Of a DNA stretch of 64,000 bases, positions 46,960-56,461 are shown piece after piece (position 1 is the stretch's first letter; each line of letters starts with the position of its first letter). The stretch spans positions 145,544 through 209,543 of IMG/VR virus record IMGVR_UViG_3300042484_002457; one strand, 5' to 3'. The notes beneath the pieces are model-generated. The model was not told the origin of the DNA and did no database searches. It was given only the letters and a program-made list of their open reading frames with translations. Position numbers and translations under genes: made by a program.

Positions 46960-47243
46960 GTCGTCCCAAACCACAAGTGCTGATTGAGCACACAAACAAA
47001 CAAACCTACAAGACCGAGCAAGTGCTGGCATCTGAGGGAGTGTGGGCGGTGTTCTACGACTCAAAACCCATCAATCTCAAAACATCTAATTTGTTGACGC
47101 AGTACCCGGGACCCAAATACAAGAAGGTTTCGTTCTCAAATAAGGGACACGCAATCAACCTAGCCCGAAAACTCAATGCCCAGTTCAAGACAGATAAGTT
47201 TACGGTTGTTCTAATGACTGCTGGAACCCAGATATTTCCTTGA
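46956..47243 (+). CDS. hypothetical protein
   Basis: 95 aa, GTG start coupled to endonuclease stop. Confidence 0.7.
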   Translation: MSRPKPQVLIEHTNKQTYKTEQVLASEGVWAVFYDSKPINLKTSNLLTQYPGPKYKKVSFSNKGHAINLARKLNAQFKTDKFTVVLMTAGTQIFP

Positions 47244-47955
47244 GTTTACAGTTATTACCGTGCCATCTAGCAAACATAGCAACGGTAGTTTCTCTTCCGC
47301 AATGCTCGCAAGTTTTTCTAGGATGAACTATTCCAAGTTTTGATTGTCGCATCTTTTCTTTTGTTTCGTTGGATCTCTTTAGATTTAGGCCTAACAATGT
47401 TGCCGACGTTTTTTCTTTTGTTAGTTGATTAGGGATTCGAAGTTTCCCTACTTCAGACAGTCGTTCTCTAGTCTGTTTAGAGTGTGTCTTGCCCTTCATT
47501 GGACTGGTCCTACCTTTAAAATTTTCTATATGTTCTTCTGTATAAGACCACTTTCGTCTAGATTCTGACATCTTCTTTCGTGTTTTTTCTGTATGCTTCT
47601 TACCAAAAAAACTATTGTTTGATCCGCGGGTCGTTTCACTTAGATATTGTGCTCGCTCACGCTTTATCAGAGCATATATTTTGGAGTTGATGCAGCGTCC
47701 TTTATGATCGTTAGCAAGTCGCAGTGCTGCATTTACCATTTTTGCCTTATCTTGTCCTTCGGTCATTTTGGTCAAAAGCATATGACAAATAAAGTGTTCT
47801 CTAGGGGTTAGCCTAGCAATATTTTGTAATAGGTTTGTGCCGCCTAGCGATTTAGGAATGATGTGATGGCGCTCAAATCCTTCTGTAAGGTGTCTAGATT
47901 TTGCGTTCTCTATTATGAGATTATACCATTTGGAATATTTGTTAATTAAATACAT
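47200..47955 (-). CDS. HNH homing endonuclease with NUMOD3 repeats
   Basis: NKYSKWY...ERHHIIPKSLGG...LTPREHFICH; FFGKKHTEKT, MKGKTHSKQT; C-terminal CEHC; TATAAATA on minus strand 47984-47977. Confidence 0.85.
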   Translation of the reverse strand: MYLINKYSKWYNLIIENAKSRHLTEGFERHHIIPKSLGGTNLLQNIARLTPREHFICHMLLTKMTEGQDKAKMVNAALRLANDHKGRCINSKIYALIKRERAQYLSETTRGSNNSFFGKKHTEKTRKKMSESRRKWSYTEEHIENFKGRTSPMKGKTHSKQTRERLSEVGKLRIPNQLTKEKTSATLLGLNLKRSNETKEKMRQSKLGIVHPRKTCEHCGRETTVAMFARWHGNNCKLKEISGFQQSLEQP

Positions 47956-47987
47956 ACGAGGTTCCTTAAACATACTTATTTATACAA

Positions 47988-48338
47988 ATGTCAAGTAAAC
48001 TAGACCTCACTAAAAAACTAACTGCCCAGTCTGATATATGGACGGTGGAAGATGCTATGCAATACTGGTGGCAAAATCCCAATGGCGGCTGGCGACTAAC
48101 CTATGATGGGTTTAAAGCGTTTGAACAATACAATCTTGAGCATTGGGACTTTGAGGTGCCTGTATCTGTGCAAGCCACACCTGGCATACTGCTCACGCTG
48201 GATCGAAAACTTACTACACCGTACTATTTCAAACTAGGTAAAAAACCTTTACTGTGTTTCTTTGACAGCAAGTACGCAACCATGTACGCATTATATAATG
48301 ATTTCAAACGGTTTGTTGCAAGTTTACAACACTATTAA
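47988..48338 (+). CDS. hypothetical protein
   Basis: 116 aa ORF. Confidence 0.7.
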   Translation: MSSKLDLTKKLTAQSDIWTVEDAMQYWWQNPNGGWRLTYDGFKAFEQYNLEHWDFEVPVSVQATPGILLTLDRKLTTPYYFKLGKKPLLCFFDSKYATMYALYNDFKRFVASLQHY

Positions 48339-48343
48339 AACGG

Positions 48344-48372
48344 TTGACCAAAAATTCAAAATCGCTTATACT
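48344..48372 (+). promoter_or_regulatory. sigma70-type early promoter
   Basis: TTGACC-17-TATACT. Confidence 0.75.
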
Positions 48373-48413
48373 GTAATTGTAGTAGTTGATAACCCAAGCG
48401 AAAGGAGCCCAAG

Positions 48414-48605
48414 ATGGCAGAAGTCAAACTTTCCGGACTGTATAAAGTCACAGTGACAGAATACGATTGCGGTGCTCAACGTGTTGACCCCGGCGACACT
48501 CGCTTCTACTCCACACTGGAAGAAGCCCAGGCCTACAAGGCACACTGGGAAACAGGCGGTAGTCGTGAGTGCTATTGGCGTGCTAGTATTGAAAAAGTAA
48601 GCTAA
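48414..48605 (+). CDS. hypothetical early protein
   Basis: 63 aa, SD AAAGGAG. Confidence 0.75.
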   Translation: MAEVKLSGLYKVTVTEYDCGAQRVDPGDTRFYSTLEEAQAYKAHWETGGSRECYWRASIEKVS

Positions 48606-48658
48606 AAGTAGTACATTTTACCCCACAAAAAGTAGTACTTTTTCGTGTGCAAAAACGG

Positions 48659-48687
48659 TTGACTCAAAATGCCCAATTTGCTATAAT
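48659..48687 (+). promoter_or_regulatory. sigma70-type early promoter (leaderless transcript)
   Basis: TTGACT-17-TATAAT, ATG 6 nt downstream. Confidence 0.75.
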
Positions 48688-48693
48688 ATACAC

Positions 48694-49032
48694 ATGAACA
48701 CAAAAACAGTAGCCCGTAAAAAGCGTACAGATCGTACTCATGTAATCTACATGATCGAGTCGGGTTCAGACTTTTACATTGGTGTTACTGCCAAGACCGC
48801 TTCAACTGTGAAGCTGAGTGTTATGACTCGGTGCCGCAAGCACCTGTATCGCTCGCGTAGCGAAGACAAGTCGTGGATGTTGTACCAAGTTCTGCGTGAG
48901 CGCGGTGTTGGTGCTTTTACTGTTCGCGTCTTGGACGTGGTGCGTGGCAAAACTGATGCACACGCCGCAGAGCGTGAGTTGATACGCAACCTTCGTCCCA
49001 ACTTGAACACCGACATGCGCGGAGTTGTTTAA
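48694..49032 (+). CDS. minimal stand-alone GIY-YIG nuclease
   Basis: HVIYMI...FYIGVT...R..KH...E..LI...P.LN; no appended DNA-binding domain. Confidence 0.7.
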   Translation: MNTKTVARKKRTDRTHVIYMIESGSDFYIGVTAKTASTVKLSVMTRCRKHLYRSRSEDKSWMLYQVLRERGVGAFTVRVLDVVRGKTDAHAAERELIRNLRPNLNTDMRGVV

Positions 49033-49036
49033 GTGT

Positions 49037-49065
49037 TTGACCAAATAATCCCAAACTGTTATAAT
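49037..49065 (+). promoter_or_regulatory. sigma70-type early promoter
   Basis: TTGACC-17-TATAAT. Confidence 0.75.
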
Positions 49066-49089
49066 AAGACTTAATTGAAAGGAACACAC

Positions 49090-49263
49090 ATGGCTGGCAA
49101 AGCAACATCAATTTATCTTAGCATTGTTCCCAAAGGTGATTTCAAAGCGGTGTTCAGAAAGACATTCTTTGAAGCCAAGGCCTACAATGAATACATCCGG
49201 TCTGAAGAGTTCAAGACTCAGTGGCCCGAAAGCGAGTACACTGTTATAAAAGAAACATACTGA
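49090..49263 (+). CDS. hypothetical early protein
   Basis: 57 aa from MAGKATS, SD AAAGGA. Confidence 0.7.
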   Translation: MAGKATSIYLSIVPKGDFKAVFRKTFFEAKAYNEYIRSEEFKTQWPESEYTVIKETY

Positions 49264-49318
49264 CTGCACAGTGACTGGCCAAATTGACGCCAGAAGAAAA
49301 GAAAGTATTGGGATTAAA

Positions 49319-49534
49319 ATGACAAAATTCGTACACATCGTTCAAGTCCACCCTGTAGAACTGGGCAAGCCCAACCTGCATAAGGTTGTTGCCGAGAATG
49401 AATTTGAAAACAAGGCCGATGCTGATTGGTGGATTGAAACTTACAACCTTCGTGGCGCAACTAATCGACATGGCGATAATACTAAGGCAGTCTACTACGG
49501 CTGTGTCAACGATCTAACCGGAGAACTGGTATGA
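49319..49534 (+). CDS. hypothetical early protein
   Basis: 71 aa from MTKFVH. Confidence 0.65.
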   Translation: MTKFVHIVQVHPVELGKPNLHKVVAENEFENKADADWWIETYNLRGATNRHGDNTKAVYYGCVNDLTGELV

Positions 49535-49782
49535 AAATCATTAAATGCTGGGATATTCAAACTTGGGACGGGGGTGATCGTCACAACCACAAGTATTATG
49601 TAGCAACCAAAGAAGCTGCCGATGCCTGGAAGGCAAAGCACAAGTATGATGAAGTCTATGAAAAAGAATTTGTTATCCTTGACAGTTTGGATGAATTGAC
49701 AGAGTACGAAAACGGTGAACTCCGCAAACGGGCCCTGGCTAAACTGTCAGAAGCAGAAAAGAAAGTATTGGGGCTAAAATGA
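49531..49782 (+). CDS. hypothetical early protein
   Basis: 83 aa, ATGA-coupled. Confidence 0.7.
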   Translation: MKIIKCWDIQTWDGGDRHNHKYYVATKEAADAWKAKHKYDEVYEKEFVILDSLDELTEYENGELRKRALAKLSEAEKKVLGLK

Positions 49783-49964
49783 ACATCCAAACCGTAGCAA
49801 CCAATCTGCGTAAAACAATCGCCGGCAAGGAAGAACTGTTGGCTGATCTTAAAGGACGGCGTATTCCACCCGAAGTATCAATTCATTACCTTGAAATCAA
49901 CATTGACGAACTCAAGCGAGTCTTGCAGGATGTGGAACAGTGTATTGAAAAGGTGGAAGTATGA
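49779..49964 (+). CDS. hypothetical early protein
   Basis: 61 aa, ATGA-coupled. Confidence 0.65.
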   Translation: MNIQTVATNLRKTIAGKEELLADLKGRRIPPEVSIHYLEINIDELKRVLQDVEQCIEKVEV

Positions 49965-50710
49965 GCATTATCACAGCATACAAATCAGACGCTGACGGCA
50001 AGATTTTTGAAGACAAATCAAAGTATGTTGCCCACCTACGCACCCTGGCCCGACATCGTAATGCTCAACGTCGACTGCAAATTGCCGAAGCTGCCAAAGA
50101 CGCTGCCTGGGCCGAACTGTACGAGCGTGAGCAAAGCATCAATGACTGGTGCCAAATGGTGATAGATAACCAGCACCTGTTCTGGGCCGAAGCTGCCGCA
50201 GGCGATCCATACGACTGGGACTGCGTTGGCAAAAAGATCAGTCGACGCAAAGATGCTCAGGTTGTGCCTGTGCCACGTGTTCTGAAGATTACGAATAACC
50301 TGCGCTGGAGCGACAGTGTCAGCAACAGTCACTCATGCCCTGTGGGCGGTGTGCAATGCTTCAGCAGCTACGAAGCCCGAGACGGTCGCCCGCGTGGCTA
50401 CCCAGGTTGGACTGGACGCATTGAGTGGCTGGTTGAATGGCCCAAGGAACTGGACAGTTACTACCTTGGCAGTGACTTGTTTAGCCGTGGTACGTTCCAC
50501 TCAGGTCGACAACGTGCTCACACTGGCACCGGAGGCGGGGGCGGCGGACACTTCAACAAAGAGTTTGACACCTGGTGCCAGCGTCCCGGATACGATTTCC
50601 GTATCTATGCCTCGGATTGGCCGGGCTTGGCTCGTTACTATGAGAAGCGCAAGATGTGGGCTGCACTCAGCAACCGTCAGACCACACTCAGCAACCGGGA
50701 TTTTGCATGA
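49961..50710 (+). CDS. hypothetical early protein
   Basis: 249 aa, ATGA-coupled. Confidence 0.75.
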   Translation: MSIITAYKSDADGKIFEDKSKYVAHLRTLARHRNAQRRLQIAEAAKDAAWAELYEREQSINDWCQMVIDNQHLFWAEAAAGDPYDWDCVGKKISRRKDAQVVPVPRVLKITNNLRWSDSVSNSHSCPVGGVQCFSSYEARDGRPRGYPGWTGRIEWLVEWPKELDSYYLGSDLFSRGTFHSGRQRAHTGTGGGGGGHFNKEFDTWCQRPGYDFRIYASDWPGLARYYEKRKMWAALSNRQTTLSNRDFA

Positions 50711-50976
50711 ACAAACGATTAAGAGAACTTGCTGAACAGGCTACTAGTATTGTAGAAATGGTTGGCCCACAAGGTTATGCCAGCAGTTATGCCAACTTTG
50801 ATAGAGAAAAGTTCGCTCAACTGCTGGTAAGCGATGTGCTTCGAGAAGTCGACACCCGTGCATACGTTTCTGGTGACCGTGCCTGGAGCGATGAAGTAGA
50901 TCGCCCCTGGATTGAACTGGAGTACGGCTTTGGCCAGCTAGCCGATGCACAACGTCAAGCAGGAAAGATCAAATGA
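50707..50976 (+). CDS. hypothetical early protein
   Basis: 89 aa from MNKRLRELA. Confidence 0.65.
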   Translation: MNKRLRELAEQATSIVEMVGPQGYASSYANFDREKFAQLLVSDVLREVDTRAYVSGDRAWSDEVDRPWIELEYGFGQLADAQRQAGKIK

Positions 50977-51086
50977 CCTATATTGCCAACTACAACAACA
51001 CCATTCAGTTGCCTTGGGAGCCGGGCTTGTTGGAATGGTTGCAAACACGCTATCCACACTCCAGTTACAGGATTGTGACACAATGA
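50973..51086 (+). CDS. small hypothetical protein (37 aa)
   Basis: MTYIANYNNTIQLPWEPG..., ATGA overlaps both sides. Confidence 0.55.
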   Translation: MTYIANYNNTIQLPWEPGLLEWLQTRYPHSSYRIVTQ

Positions 51087-51280
51087 AACCTGAAACAGAC
51101 ACAATACTGGGCTATGCCCAACTGCCCGATGGTGGGTGGGAACCAATCCTGCCTGCTGAGCCGGGCTACATTTACACCCAGGCTTTCATACTTTGTCAGC
51201 AGTGCCAAACTGCTATCCGCCCACAAGGTGGTCCCAGCTATAACTCACTTTGCCCCACTTGTTATGAACAAAATACCTAA
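51083..51280 (+). CDS. small zinc-ribbon-like protein
   Basis: 65 aa from MKPETD; CQQC...CPTC. Confidence 0.55.
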   Translation: MKPETDTILGYAQLPDGGWEPILPAEPGYIYTQAFILCQQCQTAIRPQGGPSYNSLCPTCYEQNT

Positions 51281-51581
51281 TCGATTCCGTCCCAGCTCTA
51301 GCATGGACACTAGAACTATCATGAAGATGCGCCGAGTGCATGGTCGTACAGACAGCTACAACTGGCAACGCCGTGTTGAGTGGTATCCTGCGGGGTTCCG
51401 ACTCAATCGCAAGACCATCTTCAAGCAGTTTGGTCAACTTCATTATCTTGCTTGTCACAGTCCCGAACCTGTTCAAAAGAAGTGGAAACATGCGTACGAT
51501 ACTTTCCATGCTCGACATTTTGGCTCATTCAACGCAAGTATGCGATATCTCAACAACTGGAGCTGTCACGCATGGTTGTAA
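51264..51581 (+). CDS. hypothetical protein
   Basis: 105 aa from MNKIPNR. Confidence 0.6.
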   Translation: MNKIPNRFRPSSSMDTRTIMKMRRVHGRTDSYNWQRRVEWYPAGFRLNRKTIFKQFGQLHYLACHSPEPVQKKWKHAYDTFHARHFGSFNASMRYLNNWSCHAWL

Positions 51582-51644
51582 AAACAAAACCTCCGATCCA
51601 ACATTCGGATCTGTTTGGTCAACCCTTGGATGACATATTTACGA

Positions 51645-51673
51645 TTGACCAACTAAGAAAGTTATCGTATAAT
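51645..51673 (+). promoter_or_regulatory. sigma70-type promoter for tRNA pair
   Basis: TTGACC-17-TATAAT. Confidence 0.75.
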
Positions 51674-51686
51674 AAGTAAATTAAAC

Positions 51687-51760
51687 GCCTTGCAAGTTCT
51701 ACAGGGGAACAGCCGACTCATAATCGGTCGGGGTGGGAGCATTACCCACGCGAGGTACCA
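51687..51760 (+). tRNA. tRNA with CAT anticodon (Met elongator or Ile2)
   Basis: GCCTTGC/GCGAGGT acceptor, GCCGA-CTCATAA-TCGGT arm, atypical T-loop AGCATTA, CCA. Confidence 0.8.
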
Positions 51761-51766
51761 AACATT

Positions 51767-51841
51767 CTGGCGTTCGTATAATGGATAATACAGGGGATTT
51801 CTACTCCCTAAATAGCGGTTCGATTCCGTTACGCTGGACCA
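51767..51841 (+). tRNA. tRNA-Arg(TCT)
   Basis: CTGGCGT/ACGCTGG, GGGGA-TTTCTAC-TCCCT, GGTTCGATTCC, CCA. Confidence 0.9.
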
Positions 51842-51854
51842 AACTACTACAAAA

Positions 51855-52412
51855 ATGAATAGCAGTACTGATCGTCGCACTTTTCAGCTCAAGTCTTACA
51901 TCCAACGATGCAAGGACGATGGCAAAGAACCACAGGAAGAATATATGAAACTGTATCAAGACGAGGCTGACCGCGCCCGGGAAAATGAAGCCAGCGAGGA
52001 GTGGAAAAAATACAATCTAGAACACGACCTGCGTAGTACTAGTTGGATCTGCGACAAAGTCAAGTCACGCGAAGAGTATGCTCAAAACATCTATGCTGCC
52101 TTGTGCAACAACAAATTTGTGAAAAATGATGTTTGGCCCTTGCTCCAGGAACAACGCTGGTCATGCTCGTGGCGCTATGCCGGGGGCATTGTGGCTGACA
52201 TGCTCGAACAAGGTGATTACATTGACTGGTACTGTTCGGGCATCCGCGGCAGCGTCACACAAGAAGATTTCAAGGACATGACCCCTGAACAAATTGAAAA
52301 ACATCAGTGGATGAACAAGCATTTTGTGGGAGAAAGCTATGTTACTGATGAAGTACAAGAAGATCTGTTCAAGCTGGGCTGGATAGTAGTGGACAAGGAC
52401 CAAGACCATTGA
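51855..52412 (+). CDS. hypothetical protein
   Basis: 185 aa; YAQNIYAALCNN, WSCSWRYAGG, DYIDWYCSG. Confidence 0.75.
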   Translation: MNSSTDRRTFQLKSYIQRCKDDGKEPQEEYMKLYQDEADRARENEASEEWKKYNLEHDLRSTSWICDKVKSREEYAQNIYAALCNNKFVKNDVWPLLQEQRWSCSWRYAGGIVADMLEQGDYIDWYCSGIRGSVTQEDFKDMTPEQIEKHQWMNKHFVGESYVTDEVQEDLFKLGWIVVDKDQDH

Positions 52413-53686
52413 CTTATACTCTCAACGACAAAGATCGGTATGGCTACTACACTGTAGGCAACCAAAAAACCTACAGCAAGTTAGAAGCCATTGAATTTTA
52501 CGGCCAAAGCCGGCAGCCTATTCAGTGGCATTACAATACCCAAGTGTATGGCCAATTCAACTGGGGCCAGGACCCCCCGGGCAATTTAGAATTTTGGTAC
52601 CGTGCTAGAGCTGAACAGATTCGCAACGACTATGACTATATTGTGTTGTGGTATTCTGGCGGTGCTGACTCGTCCAATATACTCAATACTTTTGTAAAAA
52701 ACAATATCTTTGTTGATGAAATTGCGCAGTATACCACAGTAGATGGTACTCAAAACAAGCAAGATTACCTCAATGGCGAAATATATGCTACTGCTATACC
52801 ACAGACACAGACACTGTTAGAAAACAATCCGTTGTACAAAAACACAGTGCACAGAGTCATCGACATAACTGACCTCAATGCAAAGTTAATGACTGTAAGC
52901 GACAATCGATGGGACTTTTTCTATCACGTCAATCAATACTACTCATTCAGTGCGTTGAGTCGCAGTTACATAAGAGAAACTGTGTCTGCGTATCGTGAAT
53001 TGATCGAATCGGGCAAAAAAGTTTGTTTTGTATGGGGAGTGGAAAAACCTGATGTGTTCCAACAAAATAATCAATATTATTTACGTTTTGGCGATGGGCA
53101 GGATCATGCCGTAACTGCTCTTGCTCAGCAGCTGAATCGACCAGGAGAATACGATGAATTTTTTTATTGGGCACCAGACATGCCCGCATTACCGGCAAAA
53201 CAAGCTCATATCATATGCAGGTACTTAAACAATCTTACTGCCACAGATGTTGATGGTATTCATGTGCTAGATAATCACGGATACGAGGATACAGTTTACG
53301 GCACCACTTGCCCTGATCCTTATCTAACCAAGCCTTTGATCAAAATCACTAGATCAGGTCGTCCCTATGCTCTAAGCATGCGAGGCTTGCACAGGCTGAT
53401 ATATCCCGACTGGAATCCTAATTTAATTGTTGCCGGCAAACCTCATGGCCATATGTTTGCTCTTAAAGATACCTGGTTGCTTTGCAACTCGGCACCTGAT
53501 TGTGGACAACGATACTACACCAATGGGGTACCGGCACTGCGACAAAAAGTAAAACAAATTGACCCTAATCTTTGGCGGGAATACAAATTTGATCCCAAGC
53601 GAGCTCCATATATCGGCGGGGTGCATCGTTTTTACAATAACTATTGCTTGGGCAACGTAACAGCATTTGATCATGATAAAAATTGA
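52409..53686 (+). CDS. PP-loop family protein (paralog 1)
   Basis: GYYTVG, W.YN..VY, RAEQIRNDYDYIVLWYSGGADS, VDEI, EFFYWAP; TTG start. Confidence 0.7.
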   Translation: MTYTLNDKDRYGYYTVGNQKTYSKLEAIEFYGQSRQPIQWHYNTQVYGQFNWGQDPPGNLEFWYRARAEQIRNDYDYIVLWYSGGADSSNILNTFVKNNIFVDEIAQYTTVDGTQNKQDYLNGEIYATAIPQTQTLLENNPLYKNTVHRVIDITDLNAKLMTVSDNRWDFFYHVNQYYSFSALSRSYIRETVSAYRELIESGKKVCFVWGVEKPDVFQQNNQYYLRFGDGQDHAVTALAQQLNRPGEYDEFFYWAPDMPALPAKQAHIICRYLNNLTATDVDGIHVLDNHGYEDTVYGTTCPDPYLTKPLIKITRSGRPYALSMRGLHRLIYPDWNPNLIVAGKPHGHMFALKDTWLLCNSAPDCGQRYYTNGVPALRQKVKQIDPNLWREYKFDPKRAPYIGGVHRFYNNYCLGNVTAFDHDKN

Positions 53687-54857
53687 AAACAACCCCAAAT
53701 TGGGATTTTACACAGTAGGCCAAGAGAAATTTTTCAGCAAGCCCATGGCCTTGATGGAAGCGACAAAAACCAACCAGTTTCCCAAATGGAACTTTAATGA
53801 CGAAGTGTTTGGCACAATTAACTGGCACGATGAGCCTTCCCCTCATATAAATGAGCTATATCGTATTAGAGCACAACAGTTGCGCAACAAGTACGATTAT
53901 ATTCGTTTAGAGTTTAGTGGTGGCTCAGACTCAACTACTGTGTTGTACAGTTTTGTAAATAACAACATTCACATTGATGAAGTGGTTTTTCGTTATCCCA
54001 AGACTGGTGAAAAAAATGTCAACGATGACCCGTTCAACTACAAATGCGAGAACACTTTAAGTGAGGCAAAGTACGCGGCATTTCCAATTCTGAATTGGTT
54101 AACAACAGCTTCTCCACGTACTAAGATTACGTTGCATGACTATAGCGAAGACATGCTCAATAGTTCTTACGATGAATCTTGGGTATATCGTTCTAAAGAT
54201 TATTTTCAGCCCGGACACAGTTTCAAGCATTCTAAAATAGGGCACCATGATCACAAATTGCAAGCAGACTCAGGACGTAATATTTGTATCTTATATGGAG
54301 TAGACAAACCTAAAATTTGTATCAAGGATAGCAAGTGGTATGCGTACTTCATTGACATTATTGCCAATCACTCAGTAACTGATGCTGGAGAGTACAGCAA
54401 TCTTACTACTGAGTATTTTTATTGGAGTCCGGACTTGCCCGAAATGCTTGTAAAACAAGCCCACGTGCTCCGACGTTGGTTTGATCTCCCAGAGAATCGA
54501 ATGTTGCAGTATGTTTGCAGATGGCCCAACTACAGTTACACTCATCGCAATGCGTATGAATCTATTTTGAAACCGTTGATTTATCCTGACTACGATCCTG
54601 CTACGTTTCAAACCAACAAGGCCTCAAACAGTTTTTACAATGAAATGGATTTTTGGTTTTACCAAAACTTCAAAGAAACTCAGCAGTTTAAGATTTGGCG
54701 TGCTGGACTTGACCACCTAATAAATAGCATTGATCCCAAATATTTCAACTACGAAATGAAACAACCTGTGGGCTTTGTGGGATTTATCAGCCCATTCTAT
54801 TATCTTGGTGATGCTAGTTACACAGACACTGGCATCAACTCACACTTTAAATTCTAA
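53673..54857 (+). CDS. PP-loop family protein (paralog 2)
   Basis: GFYTVG, RAQQLRNKYDYIRLEFSGGSDS, IDEV, EYFYWSP. Confidence 0.7.
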   Translation: MIKIENNPKLGFYTVGQEKFFSKPMALMEATKTNQFPKWNFNDEVFGTINWHDEPSPHINELYRIRAQQLRNKYDYIRLEFSGGSDSTTVLYSFVNNNIHIDEVVFRYPKTGEKNVNDDPFNYKCENTLSEAKYAAFPILNWLTTASPRTKITLHDYSEDMLNSSYDESWVYRSKDYFQPGHSFKHSKIGHHDHKLQADSGRNICILYGVDKPKICIKDSKWYAYFIDIIANHSVTDAGEYSNLTTEYFYWSPDLPEMLVKQAHVLRRWFDLPENRMLQYVCRWPNYSYTHRNAYESILKPLIYPDYDPATFQTNKASNSFYNEMDFWFYQNFKETQQFKIWRAGLDHLINSIDPKYFNYEMKQPVGFVGFISPFYYLGDASYTDTGINSHFKF

Positions 54858-54864
54858 GGACCAT

Positions 54865-55773
54865 ATGAAAAAACTTTTAACTATATTATTATTGACATTG
54901 TCGTTGACTGCACACAGTCGAGAAAACGTTACAATTGCTTATAGTTGGGCCGCAAGCGATCCTGCCGCAAACTTTGATCGTGCGATCATCAACGAAGCCA
55001 ACCGTATTCAAGATCGATTTACATTTATTTTTGAAGCAAAGCCAGGCGCTGGTGGCACAGTTGCCGCAAACTTTGCGTTAACTAATGCAAACACAGTACT
55101 AGCAACCAGTTCTGCATTTTTTATTCGTCCCAATTTTTATCCAAACGACAGTCACGACGTTGGTGCCTTTAGAGAGATTATGCCCAAGTGTGTGGTCCCT
55201 GCATTGATCACCAGTGTAAAATACAATCGTTGGCAAGATGTTCCGCATGATCGTTACTTGACCATTGGAGTGAGTGGCTTGGGCACTACTACTCATTTGA
55301 TTGCTGAACAGTTGCGGTTAAAGTACCCAGATATACAAGTAATTCCATTCAAGAGCACTAGCGAAAGTTTAGTAAATATGCTCGCAGGACAAATTGATTT
55401 GTCAGTTAATTTTATTGGTGACGTTGAAAGTTGGGCTCGAGAAAATCACACAAAGAAAACTGTAAATCTATTAGGTGTAACTGGTACACAAACATTTGAA
55501 AATGTTCCTACTTTAATTAGTCAGGGGTTTAGTCCTAACTTGGCGTTTATGAGCCCGCCGCACCAGTACTTGGTTTCTGCCCGCATAGATCAAGGGCGTT
55601 TTCAAGAATTGCGTAGCATTCTTGCAAAGGCTGCAGATACTCCAAGAGTACGTGCGGCTTATTACATTGATCGTTGCCAACCTATAACTATCAAGGATAC
55701 CCAACTAGACCAATACTACCAAGATCAAATTATCAAGTGGAAAAAATTTAGTGCTGGAGTTAAAATTAATTAA
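54865..55773 (+). CDS. Bug/TctC-family periplasmic solute-binding protein
   Basis: Signal peptide MKKLLTILLLTLSLTAHS; KPGAGGTVAA, GVSGLGTTTHL, IPFKS...MLAGQID. Confidence 0.8.
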   Translation: MKKLLTILLLTLSLTAHSRENVTIAYSWAASDPAANFDRAIINEANRIQDRFTFIFEAKPGAGGTVAANFALTNANTVLATSSAFFIRPNFYPNDSHDVGAFREIMPKCVVPALITSVKYNRWQDVPHDRYLTIGVSGLGTTTHLIAEQLRLKYPDIQVIPFKSTSESLVNMLAGQIDLSVNFIGDVESWARENHTKKTVNLLGVTGTQTFENVPTLISQGFSPNLAFMSPPHQYLVSARIDQGRFQELRSILAKAADTPRVRAAYYIDRCQPITIKDTQLDQYYQDQIIKWKKFSAGVKIN

Positions 55774-55782
55774 GGAATCGTT

Positions 55783-56370
55783 ATGCAACCTTGGACTTAT
55801 ATTGTTTTAAAAGATTTCCCGCTGCCGCCTCGCGATCTACTAGAGCAAATTGATCTATCGCTTACTCCCGAAGTAAACAACACAGGCTATTTGCAAACCG
55901 AACCACTGATCAACTGGAATGGATATTCTGGTCCAGCGGCTCTGAATGTACGTGTATTGTTTAATAACGACTATACTGAATGGTTGAAAAAACATGTTAC
56001 TACTGAATTTGAAAATGCAAGTTTAAATTATGTTACAGGGCCGCCACAAATAAAAACCACAGCACCGCATCGAGATTTTACTCGAGACTACGTGTTAATC
56101 TACAATGTAGATACCGGGGGCGATGATGTTAAATTACAATTTTGGAGGGAAACTGGACACGAAGTTGTTCGCGAGCCCGGTGCGGCTTGCGGGCGCAGAG
56201 CTGATCTTGAACTGTTAGATACGGTATCGGGTCCACCAAATTGCTGGTATCTAACAAATGCTACTATTTTACACAGTACTGATAATATGGTTAGACAGCG
56301 TGTAAATTTACAAGTTAGTTTTAAGCAAGGCAACAAATTTGTAGAAAATATTATAAATCAGCATAAATAA
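55783..56370 (+). CDS. 2OG-Fe(II) oxygenase-like protein
   Basis: APHRD...HS..N..R (HxD...H) in beta-rich context. Confidence 0.5.
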   Translation: MQPWTYIVLKDFPLPPRDLLEQIDLSLTPEVNNTGYLQTEPLINWNGYSGPAALNVRVLFNNDYTEWLKKHVTTEFENASLNYVTGPPQIKTTAPHRDFTRDYVLIYNVDTGGDDVKLQFWRETGHEVVREPGAACGRRADLELLDTVSGPPNCWYLTNATILHSTDNMVRQRVNLQVSFKQGNKFVENIINQHK

Positions 56371-56375
56371 CAATA

Positions 56376-56461
56376 GCAACGCCAGCAGATGCTGACGTCG
56401 GATTATAAGGACGCATGGGATTGTCCCTTTACTAGATGTCATCTAGAACGCCCACCGTAGC
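56376..56461 (+). promoter_or_regulatory. structured 5' leader of dctP-like gene
   Basis: After ATAAATA; GCAACG/CGTAGC closing stem with CAGCA/TGCTG, GGGA/TCCC, CTAGAT/ATCTAG hairpins. Confidence 0.45.
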
